Source of the DNA: Auanema rhodensis
Taxonomy: Eukaryota > Animalia > Nematoda
DNA: 64,000 nt
Assembly: GCA_964057225.1 (NCBI GenBank)
Contig: OZ059898.1
Coordinates: 7,378,001-7,442,000, forward strand
Direction: 5' to 3'
A model generated the notes under the pieces. The model did no database searches, was not told the DNA's origin, and saw only the letters and a program-made list of their open reading frames with translations. The translations under genes were made by a program, and so were the position numbers. This document shows positions 10,001 through 22,566 of the stretch, piece by piece; within the stretch, counting starts at the first letter, position 1; each line of letters starts with the position of its first letter.

Positions 10001-12861
10001 GCGACCACTAAAGCAACTACGGTAACTACTGTAGCTCCTACTACACCTACCACTACCATGAACACAACCACCAAAGCAACTACGGTAACTACTGTAGCTC
10101 CTACTACACCTACCACTACCATGAACACAACCACCAAAGCAACTACGGTAACTACTGTAGCTCCTACTTCACCTACTAGGGCTACTACAACCTTAACTAC
10201 TGAAGTTCCTACTACTAGTACAGTGACTACATCAACTACACAAGAAACTACTACAACTACTTTAACGGTATATTTTAATAGTTAGTGACATCTCATTATC
10301 TTTTTCCCTCTATTTTTTCAGGAAACTATCTCAACTGCTACACCAATACAATCAACAACAATACCGAATATTCCATCATTAGCTAATCTCACTGATGTTT
10401 GTTACTATTAGCTTCGTCATAACTTTTTTTTTCAGTCAGGAGTGTCATTAAATAATGTAACTTACGTTCTTAATGTTACATTAGAGTATACATCAAACCC
10501 ATCTATTCTTCAACCAACTGATATATCAGATGTGTCAACAATTCTTATGAATTGTGCTCAGTTACCTGATCTACCTTCCGAGGTACGCTGAAAATTAGAT
10601 AGAAATGGTCTATTCATATTTATTCAGGATGCTTCTTCCATTCTTAGAAATATTGATAATGTGCTAAATGTTGATGATGAGCATATCGAGGCTAGTAAGT
10701 CTCAGGATAAGTACGTTTGTTTACATTTTTTCATATAAGTATATTACTTTATCTAGATTTTTGTCAATTCTTCCAACATTAGTACTTAATACTAATTCTG
10801 ATAGTGTACAATATCTTAATGGAGAAAATATGGGATTTTCTTCTAATAACTTACAAGAATCTCCTATAATTGGCTTAGCTGATAAAGGGGATTCCTTTCA
10901 AACTCTTTCTACTGGACACATGACTTCGAATAATCAAAACTCTATTGTTCTGCATACAGGAGGTAATATTATTCACATTATTACAATCTTCATGTATTTT
11001 TATAGATAATGGAATTATACCTGAAGGAGCTAAAGTGTATTTTACCATATTTCGATCCAAAAAGTTTTTCAATGCACAGAATAACTATAGAAATTATCCA
11101 TCATACACAAATAATTTTATGTCACGTCCCGATGTTACTTCAAATCCTGATGGTTAATATATCAATGTGCAAGATATAACTATTTATTTTACAGTAAGTG
11201 ATGTTTTACCTTCGAAGTGTATTCGACAACTACAAGTTCCAAATGATTCACCCGTTCTGAGTGCAACTGTGTTACAGTCTGACGGAATCCGAATATCTAA
11301 ACTTTCATCTTATAATATGACAGCTCGTCTTAATATTGATGCTAAACATGTGAGTTTTGAATACTTAACAATTAACAAATATACATATGCATATGAATCA
11401 TGTATTATCTATATATCCTGATCTTTCATATATTAAGAATTCAGTATATAAACTATGAATGATTATAATTATTTTATAAATAATTGTTTAAGATGTAAAT
11501 TGTTCAGATTCTTCAACCATTACATGGCAAAATGATTGTAAGTTGGTGGAATGAAGAAGAAAATATCTGGTCTATGGATGACCTATGTAGTGTTGCTAAA
11601 GAAGCACATTTAATAACAGCAGATTGTCCACATTTAACAGATTTCGCACTAATTATTGTGAGTTTTTATAATAATTTATAGTAATTACTAACTTATGTTA
11701 ATCAGGATTCTATGATAAATGATCCTGTTGTTTGTGATTCTGGCCTTATTGATACAGGCTTCGTTGCTAATATTCTATCTTTAACATGCTTGACGGTGGT
11801 TTTGGTTGTTGAATTGAGTGACTTGTAAGTTTAATATTCAACGCTTCCTTGTTAATTATTGTCATTTTCAGTTTTCCATTTCTTCGAAAACAGAAGTTAA
11901 TGAAAAAACTTAAAGGTCCTCCATTACAAAAGAAAGAACATATTCAAATAACTAATCATATTATGCTATTTTTATTTTATTTTTTCTTTACAATATTCTC
12001 TAATGAATCTGTCTCAGGCAAAGCATGTAGTTTTATAGCTGCAGTTATTTATTCGTTATTGTTATGGTAAAAAGAGGTTTAAACTTTTTAAAATTATAAT
12101 TTTTTTATTTTTAGTTCTATTATATTGACTATATTTCAAGCTTTACGAACTGTTGTATTATTTTTCCCGAGTTCATTTCAAAGTATTATAGATGCGCTTA
12201 TGAGACCTTTTATAGCTTTAACAATTGGCTTTGGTTAGTTATATCATATAGTTCAAAAGATAATTAATAATTTTAAAATTTCAGTTATTCCATTTGTTCT
12301 TTGTATGATTTTGGCTGCTACAACAGCTTTTTTCGAACGTCAGGATGGCTTTTGTTGGGTTCGACCAGATCTTGTTGTGTATGCAATCATCATTCCCATA
12401 TCAGTTCTACTCATTAATGCTTTAATTTGTACAATGCTGGTAGCATGGAGGTTATTTGCTGCTGGACTAAAATTCAATCGAATAGTATGTTAAAAACAAA
12501 GAAAATTAATATTTCTTTTGTGAATTCTATAGGGTCGAGCACAGGATACACATATGAAGACAAAACTTTTAGCTTTATTTATACTTCAATTTACAATGGG
12601 TATGCCATGGGTATGATTAATTCTTTTTTAATATATTTAACAATAATATTCTTTTAGATTTTACAATATCCAACTTTGTATCATTCTAAAACCACATTTT
12701 GGCATTATGCATTTACTATAGTTCTTGGTTCACAAGGAACTATATTAGCTATTTTATTCTTTTATAAAAACCATCGACGTTGGAGAGAAAGTGTTCGTTT
12801 ATCAATTAGAGATTCACGAGTTCGTCATGCAACATCGCACACTGTTCAAACACGAACATAA
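7009..12861 (+). CDS. Adhesion-type (GAIN/GPS + family-B-like 7TM) GPCR, possibly nematode mth-1/mth-2-like. The 5' end is uncertain: exons are secure from ~8166, and a possible signal-peptide exon starts at 7009
   Basis: Exon 11508-11657 reads ILQPLHGKMIVSWWNEEENIWSMDDLCSVAKEAHLITADCPHLTDFALII (GPS with HL/T site). Downstream exons are hydrophobic TM segments, including ECL2 RQDGFCWVRPD and TM7 FTIVLGSQGTILAILFFY; stop TAA at 12859-12861. Upstream are a Thr-rich stalk and Cys-rich repeats. ATG 7009 gives MLLSYTSLLIFLVVSLL, but I could not join it in frame to the later exons. Confidence 0.8.
10004..10177 (+). repeat. 63-bp coding tandem repeat (~2.8 copies) encoding mucin-like TTKATTVTTVAPTTPTTTMNT
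   Basis: AAGCAACTACGGTAACTACTGTAGCTCCTACT recurs at 10011, 10074 and 10137 (period 63). Confidence 0.95.
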
Positions 12862-15554
12862 GGATGTTCACGTGCTTTAACTATTATAATATGTAACTAA
12901 CTGTATTTTCAAAAAAAAAATTTTTTTAATAATACGACCTCTGCCTACAATTTATATTTGAAAATGTTTTCCCTCATTTTCTTTTTCCCTTTCATCTATC
13001 TTAAGAAGTTTCCAAACTTTTTAAACTTCAGAATAGTGCTCAAATTTGAAGTTTAAATTGAAAACCTTATTATCTTTACAATAGAAATTTTGTTCTCTTC
13101 TTTATAGAGGCCACTAATCTTAAAATTTGATTTGCGTTTTCCATACAAAGCTTGGATATGGTAGATAATAAGAAGTCAAATGTCCAGTCCGTATTAATCA
13201 TTTTGAATTTTGTCAAAGTCTAAAAGTTAATAGACAGAGAGCACTATTACGGAAGTTTGAGTTTTTGTGAATAAAACAAATTTGAACCTTTTATGTCCCT
13301 CCTACAATAGTCTCAAGTTCACTCAAGTTAAATCGTCTCTTTCTGGCTTCTTCAATCTATGGCTCTTTCTAACGATGTTTAGGCCAAATAATACAGTTGA
13401 AAGGAGTAAGAAGAAGAGAAGTAAGATGAAAAGAAAAGAAGAAGATGTAGTAGTCACTATATCAATAAGGAAGCAAACATACAAAGAAGCTTCTTCCGCT
13501 CTGTTGCTCTACCTCTCATATACAGATAATATTTCTCTCTTATATACACTCATAAAGCTTTAGCTTACCATGCTATAGGCCAAGTATAGTTTTGCTTTGA
13601 ATGTTCTGTATATGCTTTAAGTGAATGAGAAAACTCTCAATTAGCCTTACCGCCTTCTGTATCTATAAACGCGTTTTTCCGCTCTTAATATTTCCAAGCT
13701 CTTTCTATTTCTCAACATCATTTCTATTTCTGGTTACCTGATTCAATCACAAAATGTTTTAAATAGAATTTTAATATAATTAGTTTATTGATATATTAGA
13801 ACAAAGAATTATTATTTGATTTGAAAATAGATTTTATTCATCAAACTATCTATCTTTTAAATAATTGTCAATGTTAAACCATAATCGGCTTAGGCTATAA
13901 AAATCATATATTCAGATTGAAAAAAGATGGAAAACGACTAAAAACGAGAATAAAAAGTACAATACATGAGAAATTAGATACAGATGAGTACAATAAGTAT
14001 ATACATACTTATGAAGAGGAGAGGCAAAAGAATAGATTTGGTTATAGATAGACCGGTATAAGTCATATACTATTACTTATCTATACATATATGAATATTT
14101 TATATTTATATATATATATATATAAAGGTGTGTATGTGCATATTATTCTTTCTTATTTTCAAAAATAAAGATTTCTAAATGAGTGCATATACATGTATAG
14201 TAAGATGGTCCCTATCGACTTCTCTTTCCATTATATACATATATTTCCTCCTTTGAAGTTGTGATAGAGATCTTTTTTCAACAAATTCTATACAGTATGC
14301 CGTACATACCATCATAAGCTATGTGGTATTAGCCAGCTTGTGGATATTTAGACAAACGTCTTGGTTACGGGTCAATTGAACTAAGTAGTATGGCATCATT
14401 TGAACATATCAATGGATCATATGACAACTTATGTTTTTTGATGTTATATATAAAGTTTTTTTCAAAAAGATTTTAAGTAGAAATAGAATAATTCTAAACT
14501 ACATACATATGTAGATGATGTGTTGGTGTACTTGTATGACCTTAAACATTTAAAAAAACAAACGAATGAGAAAAATAAAAGAATGGTAAGGTTGAATGTT
14601 TATAAAAGAATATACAAATATAATAAAAAGATGAAAAAATATTATATATATATATGTGTATAGATTGTATAATAATTGAAAGAAAATGGAATGAAGTGGA
14701 CTAAGAGAAGAATATAGAGAAGCTAGAGAGAGAGGGTCAGTATTCCATTTTTGAATTTCATTCTAGACACTACTTTAGATGCTATATGAAACAACAGAAA
14801 CATATAGTTAAAAGTATTTAAAAGTGGCAAATGAATTGAATAGTTCATACTTTGAAACATCTTTTGTTTAATTTTAGAGCCTCTTCTTCATAATTCTCCT
14901 CTTCTTCTTTTCATTTTCACTATTCTATTGTTTATCAGCACTAATTTACCTACAGCATTACATCAATCTTCAAATTTTCCTTTATTTCTCTTTTTTCTTT
15001 TCTCTATTCAAAATTTAGAATCATATATTTTCCAGTCATCACTTTATGCTTTATGATTCATATTGTGAAGTTTTCTATCAAAATTTTTTAGTTCCATTCC
15101 GAAATTTCATTAATCTCTATCAACTCTTTTTAAAGCTCCATAAATTTATCAAACAATTTCCTGTCCAACTTGAAAAATCTGAATATGTAATTTTTCTAGA
15201 ATTTTTCTCTTTTTGAAAATTCTTTTGTTTTTTTTTTCAAGAAAAAAAAAATATTAAAATTGATTTTGCTAGAATGTTTGCTAAACTGAGGTGAGTTGCA
15301 GTTGAAAAATTCTATTTTCACATTTGTTTTCATGAAAATAAAAAATTCAGGATATTTTAAAGTGGTTGAAATTTATTTTTTTATATGTTAGTCTGTTTTG
15401 TTATAATTAAGCAGTGCATTTTTTATCTGTTTTCCTTTTTTAAATATTTTATATACTAAATCTGAACAAAAAGCTTTGTTTCTTCTTTTTGGGAGCATAA
15501 ATTGGCATCTGAATCACATTTGTGAATGTTATCGAAATTGATCGTTTATATTGA

Positions 15555-15563
15555 ATCATCACC

Positions 15564-15595
<32 letters not shown>

Positions 15596-15603
15596 CATCA
15601 TCA
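15555..15603. repeat. (ATC)n microsatellite
   Basis: Directly visible, with two ACC interruptions. Confidence 0.9.
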
Positions 15604-15986
15604 ATAACTGATAAATGTTGAAAGAATAAAAAAAAACTTCAAAATGCTTAAACAATATTTTCTTTTTTTTGTTTCATTTTTCTATTTTTATTTAAAAATA
15701 AAATATTTGTAATGAGATATTTATAATAAATTAGTTTATAACATATTTCTTTGAAGACCTCCCTCATCTTCTGATGTCAAAAGTCAGTCAGAGGTCCTTC
15801 TTAATATTAAACAATCACATATGCAAACAGGCTCTTCTCTTTCCATAGACACATACATAGACTGAAAAAGTGTGAGAGAAAGATAGAGATAGACATAAAT
15901 AAAAAAAAGTAAAACACTAGAAGAGAGAGAGAGAGAGAGAAAAAGAGAGATGGGAGAAAGATAGACAGATAGAGAGAAAATAAGAG

Positions 15987-15992
<6 letters not shown>

Positions 15993-16057
<65 letters not shown>

Positions 16058-16062
16058 GAGAG
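15993..16062. repeat. (GA)n microsatellite
   Basis: Directly visible. Confidence 0.95.
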
Positions 16063-19000
16063 TTAAGTAGGTGTTCGAGTAACAATCTAGATCTTTGAGA
16101 AAGTTTTTCATTTCTACTCAAAATGGTATTTTTGATGTGTACAGAAGCTTAAGCCAATATAAAATTCATCACAAATACCATTTCTGAGTAAAAACCACTA
16201 AGAGCTTGATTTAGTACCTTCAATTAAAATAAAAACTTAGATTCCTTATGAAACAACTGTGAATAAACAATCTGTGAACATCAAAAATCTAAGAATATCC
16301 AGAGGCTAACAACAGTAATTATTAGATAATTTATTATAAAATGACAACTTTTGATCTTTAATTTGAACTTTAAATTCTAAAAAAGAGGTGATGATGAGAA
16401 TAAAATTTTTGTAAAAAGAAATAGCATAAAGACTGCACATATGGTTATCGATTATATGACCATCTGTGGAAATTGAATCATATCCATAAGTATTAGCTTT
16501 ATAAAAACAATTATTTATGTATTTCTATAGATGGAACTGAATTCAACAAAATTACTGGGCTTTTTGAAAATTTTACTAAATGATATTCATTTGAAAGATG
16601 AAGTGAAAATTGTAATTATATTCCTGCAGAATATAGAACATAGTATGTTGTGTGTCCACGCACTTGAACCCGAATTGTTGCTGTATGTCAGAAATGAATC
16701 AAATGCTTTTCTTTTCCTTTTTTTGCTATAACTGATCTCAATTTTTTTGAAAAATTATTCTCATATTCAGTTTGTTATACGAAATGTGATGGTCAAGCAA
16801 TAAGTTATAGTTAAATGTTTTCGTAATGCTTATTAACTATATGATATAGTCAAAGTCATTGAGAGAACTCTGTTCAATGTCATGGTTAGCACAATCTGGT
16901 AATCTTCTCTATTCCCTCACTATTCCTCTCCATTCCTTCATATTTTAAGAAGAACAAGTTTGTAAATGCGATTATTCACATGTTATAACGTAAAATCATA
17001 TTATATATGAAACAGAAAGCAAATGTCTGTACTTTTGATATATCTATGTTATATGTATGAATGTCTGTATATATTTTACTTATTCTATATTATATAGTTA
17101 AAGTTTTATTTTTCAACCTTTTTATTGTTTTTAAACTTTTCCTTTTCAATGAAATTACATTGAGTACTTGAATGTATTTAAGCAAATCAATGAAATCTAA
17201 ATTTCTTTTTTCGAAAAAGCGCATAAGGTTATTCATCAAATTCATTCAATTCATCAATTGAGTTACGATAGAGTCATTTTTCAATCCTTCAACTACCACA
17301 TGAAAGTAAAAATAAATTTTACTCACTAACCTTTGAATTATAAAAAAAGTCTTTGTATTTTAATAATAATATTTTATTTTAATATTTTATATTATTATTA
17401 AAACCATAATTTAGCTATTTTTCTATTCAATTTTATTATTTCGCTTTCTTCTTCTTCTGCCTTGTGCTGCTTATCCTATTTCTTTTTCTCATCTTCTTTT
17501 GCAATCCTATCAAAATCTTTTCACAACCTCAAACAGTCTGTTTATCTAACCCATTCTCTTTCTCTTACCTTGGTCTTCTTTATCTTCTTTTCTTCAATCA
17601 TTTTCTATTCTACAGCAGTCCAAGCAAGCACACAAGGTTTCATCTTCTCTCACCTTCATCGTCTTCATCTTCATCTTCTTCTTCTTCTCCTTCTTCATCT
17701 TCTCAAATATTGCAAACGGATTTTGTTACATACATACGTTTCCTGTGCTCTACCGAATTGCAAAAATTCAAAAGCTTCAAAAGATGCTCCACAATACAAA
17801 AAAGGAACAACTTCGAATTTCTTTTCAGTTATTTGATGTTTTGAAAAAAGAAATAGCAGCTTTTTCTACTTTGAAACTTTAGAAAATTTATTTTTACCGT
17901 TTGTTCGGTTTTAAGGATTTTTCTAGTTTCAAGCAAAAGATCATGATCTTCAGATCAAGTTAATTTATAAAATTCGCTCGATGATTTATAATAAAATGAA
18001 AAGAAAATTCTGTTCAGAATGATCACATAAGAATCAACTCTACAAACTTTTTTTATGAATTTTTTAAAAACTCAGAATTAGCGTTTATAGAAAGAAAGCA
18101 AACTCAAAATAAGTAGTTGAGCAAAGAATCAACGAACTATAAAAAAATATGACAAGTAGTAAGAAAAACAGAAGAAATAAGAAATTTTAAAGAATATTTC
18201 TATTTGTTAAACACAGATAATATCGTTAATTTTGCAGATATATGTCAAATATGTATGTATATTAGATATATAAGACATTTTCTTTTGATTTTGCATCGCC
18301 CCCACGTTTTTAAACATTTTTGTAAATACAGATTTAATCAGACGATAAGGTACAATCAGCATTTTATATTATGAATTTCTTGAATCCATTATCAGATTTC
18401 TGATTTTGATCGGAAATTAGAACTTCAATTGATATTATTTGATTGACAAAGTTATTTTTTCAATATTAGTCAGCAATATATTTAAATTTAATAAATACAG
18501 ATAGAAACTAAATAAAACTTTTTTTTAACATTAAAATATATTATAATATATATATATAATATAACATTTTATTATAAATAAATGAATGTTTTATAGAAAA
18601 AAGCTTAACTGATTTTAGAAATTATTTGAAGCAATTGTCTTTTGCTCATATTAATCATTAAGAAAAATGTTTTTCTTTGTCATCAAAACCTTCTTTTTTG
18701 TCTTTTTTATGATTTTCAGTCTTCATTACGAATTCATTTCCTTTACCTCTTACTCTTCATATATACTATTTCTCTCTCTATCCCTTTTTATATTTGTCTC
18801 TCTCTCTTTCTTTAATGCTCTTTATTTATCTCTATCTCTCTCCCTCTCAATCTAGAATTCCATATGCTGTTTAACTCTTTTCAATTCTGTTATCTCTCTT
18901 CTCTCTCCTTTTGCACTTAATTCCGAATACCGAATCACAAATTTCTATTCTGAACAAGTTGATTATATTTGAATATTTTTCCTGTTACTCACCCAGCTGA

Positions 19001-22000
19001 TTGGATATATTGTTTAAATGTACAAAACAATATTCTTCTTTCCAATTTTTTTTACAATTCTCATATAATGTGTTCAAAGAAAGTTTAATATTAATCTACC
19101 AGCAAAGTTCTATTGTCTAATGAGATATTTATTTTAAATTTCGATTGTCCAAATATACACACACACATAGAGAGAGAGAGAGAGAGAGAGAGAAGAAGAA
19201 GAAGAAGAACTTAAGTTTTAATTGTTTTCTTTCTCATCACATTCATCGTATTTATATCTTTATATGTATAGTTTGGTAGTTTGATATCATTTTCTGATGA
19301 TGATGATACTGATGAAGAAGAAGAAAAAGTAGCTGATGTATTTGTTTTTGAAGATCAATTTTTCTATTTACAATCAAAATATTCCATATATCAAAAACGT
19401 ATGACAATTCGTCTATATTCTTATGTGACTTCAAAAGAATAGTTAAATACTCTGATGATTTACATTCATTCCTCAATAATCTTATATTTCTTAGATAAAT
19501 ATGTATACTATATACATCATTTTTCTATTATTCATTTACATTGAAAGCTTATTTTTCATTTTTTTTTCTCATTTTAAAGAAACTCTGGTTTAAAGTTCTA
19601 TTACCGCCATTAAAAATGGAAAATGAACTTTAAAAAAAAACATTTTATCATCATCCATTACATCACTTTTTTGAAAATATTTTATTAATTGCTAGAAAAT
19701 GCCAGATCAAGTAGCAAAATACATTTGTTCAAGTTGTTTGAAGTACAAATTAGGAAAAGTAAGCTCAGAATCAAACCAAAAACACAGATACTAGAAAATA
19801 TTATATAAATGTAGAAAATAATAAAGGAGATATAGAGAAGAGAAAAAGAGAGAGAAACATTATTGAACAACACAATGAAACATGGTTTTTCTCGGCAAAC
19901 AACAAGTGTTTGAACTTAAAATTTTCTGAGAAAATCCATTTTTATCTGAAAACGAATGCCTTATTTGAATTTGAGAATTCCAGTACCCCCACACATATTC
20001 TTGTATTGGATAAGATGAAGCTTATTGAATAAGGTGTGATGATAAACATTATTGAGATCTGCTTCAAGATATAGGTTCAGACAAAATTTCTTTTTGTTTC
20101 TCTATGATCTCTTACTCTTTCTCTCTATTTGCTCAACACTTTTCTCTCCTAATTGATCAATAGTCACGATTCTAACTCGTTTCTCAATACTACCATTAAG
20201 TTTGGTTCAGCAAACCATATTAAATTCACTCAAAAACTTTTTTAACGCCTTATTTATAATTTCAAAGTTTGCTAACTGTCAGCTGATTCCTTTATCAGCT
20301 GAATTGCTACATCTGTTTTGAATTAGCTTAGTCAAATACGAATATTTCTTAAAATAGTTCAAACTATCTATGACCTCATCATTCATTCTTCATTTACTGT
20401 ATCCATATATATATTGGTATATTGTATACTTCAAAACTATACTTAACATATGGAAATATGACAAATAATTTTACATTTAGTATATATTTCCCACATTTTT
20501 TCTCTTTATAGATTATCTTTTAGAATTTTATTTTACTTTAAAATCTTTTAACTCAAATAATACAATATATCTTTACTTATGACTGTTTTTATCTATTACT
20601 TTTTCACAAAATAAGATTGTCTTTTTAACTTTTTCAGCTGTTAAAACGTTTTGATTTTGTTAGCGAAAAAATTCTTTGAAATCAGTGAATCATTAAAGAT
20701 TCCGGCAAAATACAGATTCGGTTGTTTCTAAAATTTAGTTCGAAAAAAACTTAAAAAGACAAGCTTTTATCATTTATGACTTATTGAAATATTTGATATG
20801 ACTCAGTATTTTTCATATTTCAATTGAATCTAACTGTCTCAAATGTTTATGCTCCCTCTTCTACCTCTACCACTTCTTCAGCACTTCCTCAACTCGTTTG
20901 TTTCTTTCTCTCACTTTTCTCTCAAATGTTTCTTTGAACTTTTACTATTTTGCGTTTTATTTTATTTTTTTCATCTTAATTTCAGCTTTTCTTGTTTTCT
21001 TTGTTTCTTTCAATTCTCCGAAAAACGTATGATATTTTCATTTTCAAAATGATCCTCAGCTTTTTTCTGTAGTCAACTTTCTGTTTGCACTGATGAAAGG
21101 AAAACCCTTAGTCACACACTCAGTTGTCCTCTTGCCTACTCTCGCCTTGATCTTCAGCCTTATTTCGGTAATCTCAACAATTTTCAATATTTCATATTGT
21201 CTCTAAATGTTTCTTGTTTTAAGAAAAAAAATTAATTTGTAACATTTTTGTTTCACAAATATCACAATTTGATTAATAATTGACTATATAGCATAATATT
21301 ATTGTTTTTTATGTAATCTTTCTGTACATAAAGCACTCTTCCTTTCAATTTCAGTACATTATTCAACTATCATTAATAGTTAATCTATGTTTCATTTAGT
21401 ATTATCAATTATACATATCTCCTTGTAGTGTGAGCATTCAAGAATTTTTTTTTGAGCTGTTCATCTGTCAGAAAGACAGTCAGCTGGACATTAGGGCTCT
21501 GTGACTTCTTTTGTCTTTCTGAGGTTATTTGTTTAGAGGATGAGAAATGAGAAGAAAGCAAAAGAGGGTGAAAGAGGGATAGATACAGTCTGAGAAAGTG
21601 AGGGAAAAGTTGAGATAGAAAGGAATATTTATATATTTAGATAAATAGATAGATAAAGAAATATTAAGAGAATAGAAAAATTATAAAGAATAAGAAATTA
21701 TCGATAATGAGACATTTATACAATATAAGAGATTCTAATGAAGTCATCATCTTCATCGTCTACATCAAATCGACCTGTTCAGACTTTTTCCTTTGCTCTT
21801 GTTTTCTTTATTATTATATTCTCTTTCTATATTCTTTTCTCTCAATATCCCTCTTCATCAATTACTTATTCAAATTAGAAGATGATTATAATGATGCACT
21901 GATGTTGGTCTTGCTGCTCAAGCTGTTCAAGTTGCTGATGATGTCTTGACTTAGAACATTCTGATTTCTTTATGTTGTTTTATTGATTAATGCTCCATTC

Positions 22001-22107
22001 ATAACCAAATTTAATTTATTTTCATTGAAATACTGCAACACAATTATCTAAATCCATAGGAAATTTCTTGATGTTCTTCTACATAATTTTCTCTTTTATT
22101 TTCCCAT

Positions 22108-22138
<31 letters not shown>

Positions 22139-22468
22139 TTCTTATCAGTATAAATCGAAGAAAATAATAAAATAAACAAAACCATTATGAAATAGTCTCC
22201 ACAGAGCTTTACCATCTACTGAGAATCTCTCTCTCTCTTTCAATAACTGTATTGTTCTTACTCATAATGTACTTTGTAATATTTAAAACTTTACTCAAAG
22301 TAGTTGCTCCTTCCCCGAATCTGTTCATCGGTTTGCAGGTTGTCACAATGCCTGGAAAGCAGGGGAATTGGGATAGAGCAAGAAAATAGAAGTAGCTAAA
22401 AGAGAAAAAATCTGTTAGACAGAGTGAAAAAGAAATAGAAAGATAGGTTAAGAGGGAAATCAAAGGAG

Positions 22469-22471
<3 letters not shown>

Positions 22472-22521
<50 letters not shown>

Positions 22522-22535
22522 TATATATATATATA

Positions 22536-22564
<29 letters not shown>
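22472..22564. repeat. (GA)n followed by imperfect (TA)n compound microsatellite
   Basis: Directly visible. Confidence 0.9.

Positions 22565-22566
<2 letters not shown>

Noticed and set aside
9946-10137. Minus-strand Val-rich ORF
   Set aside because: Antisense shadow of the Thr-rich coding repeat.
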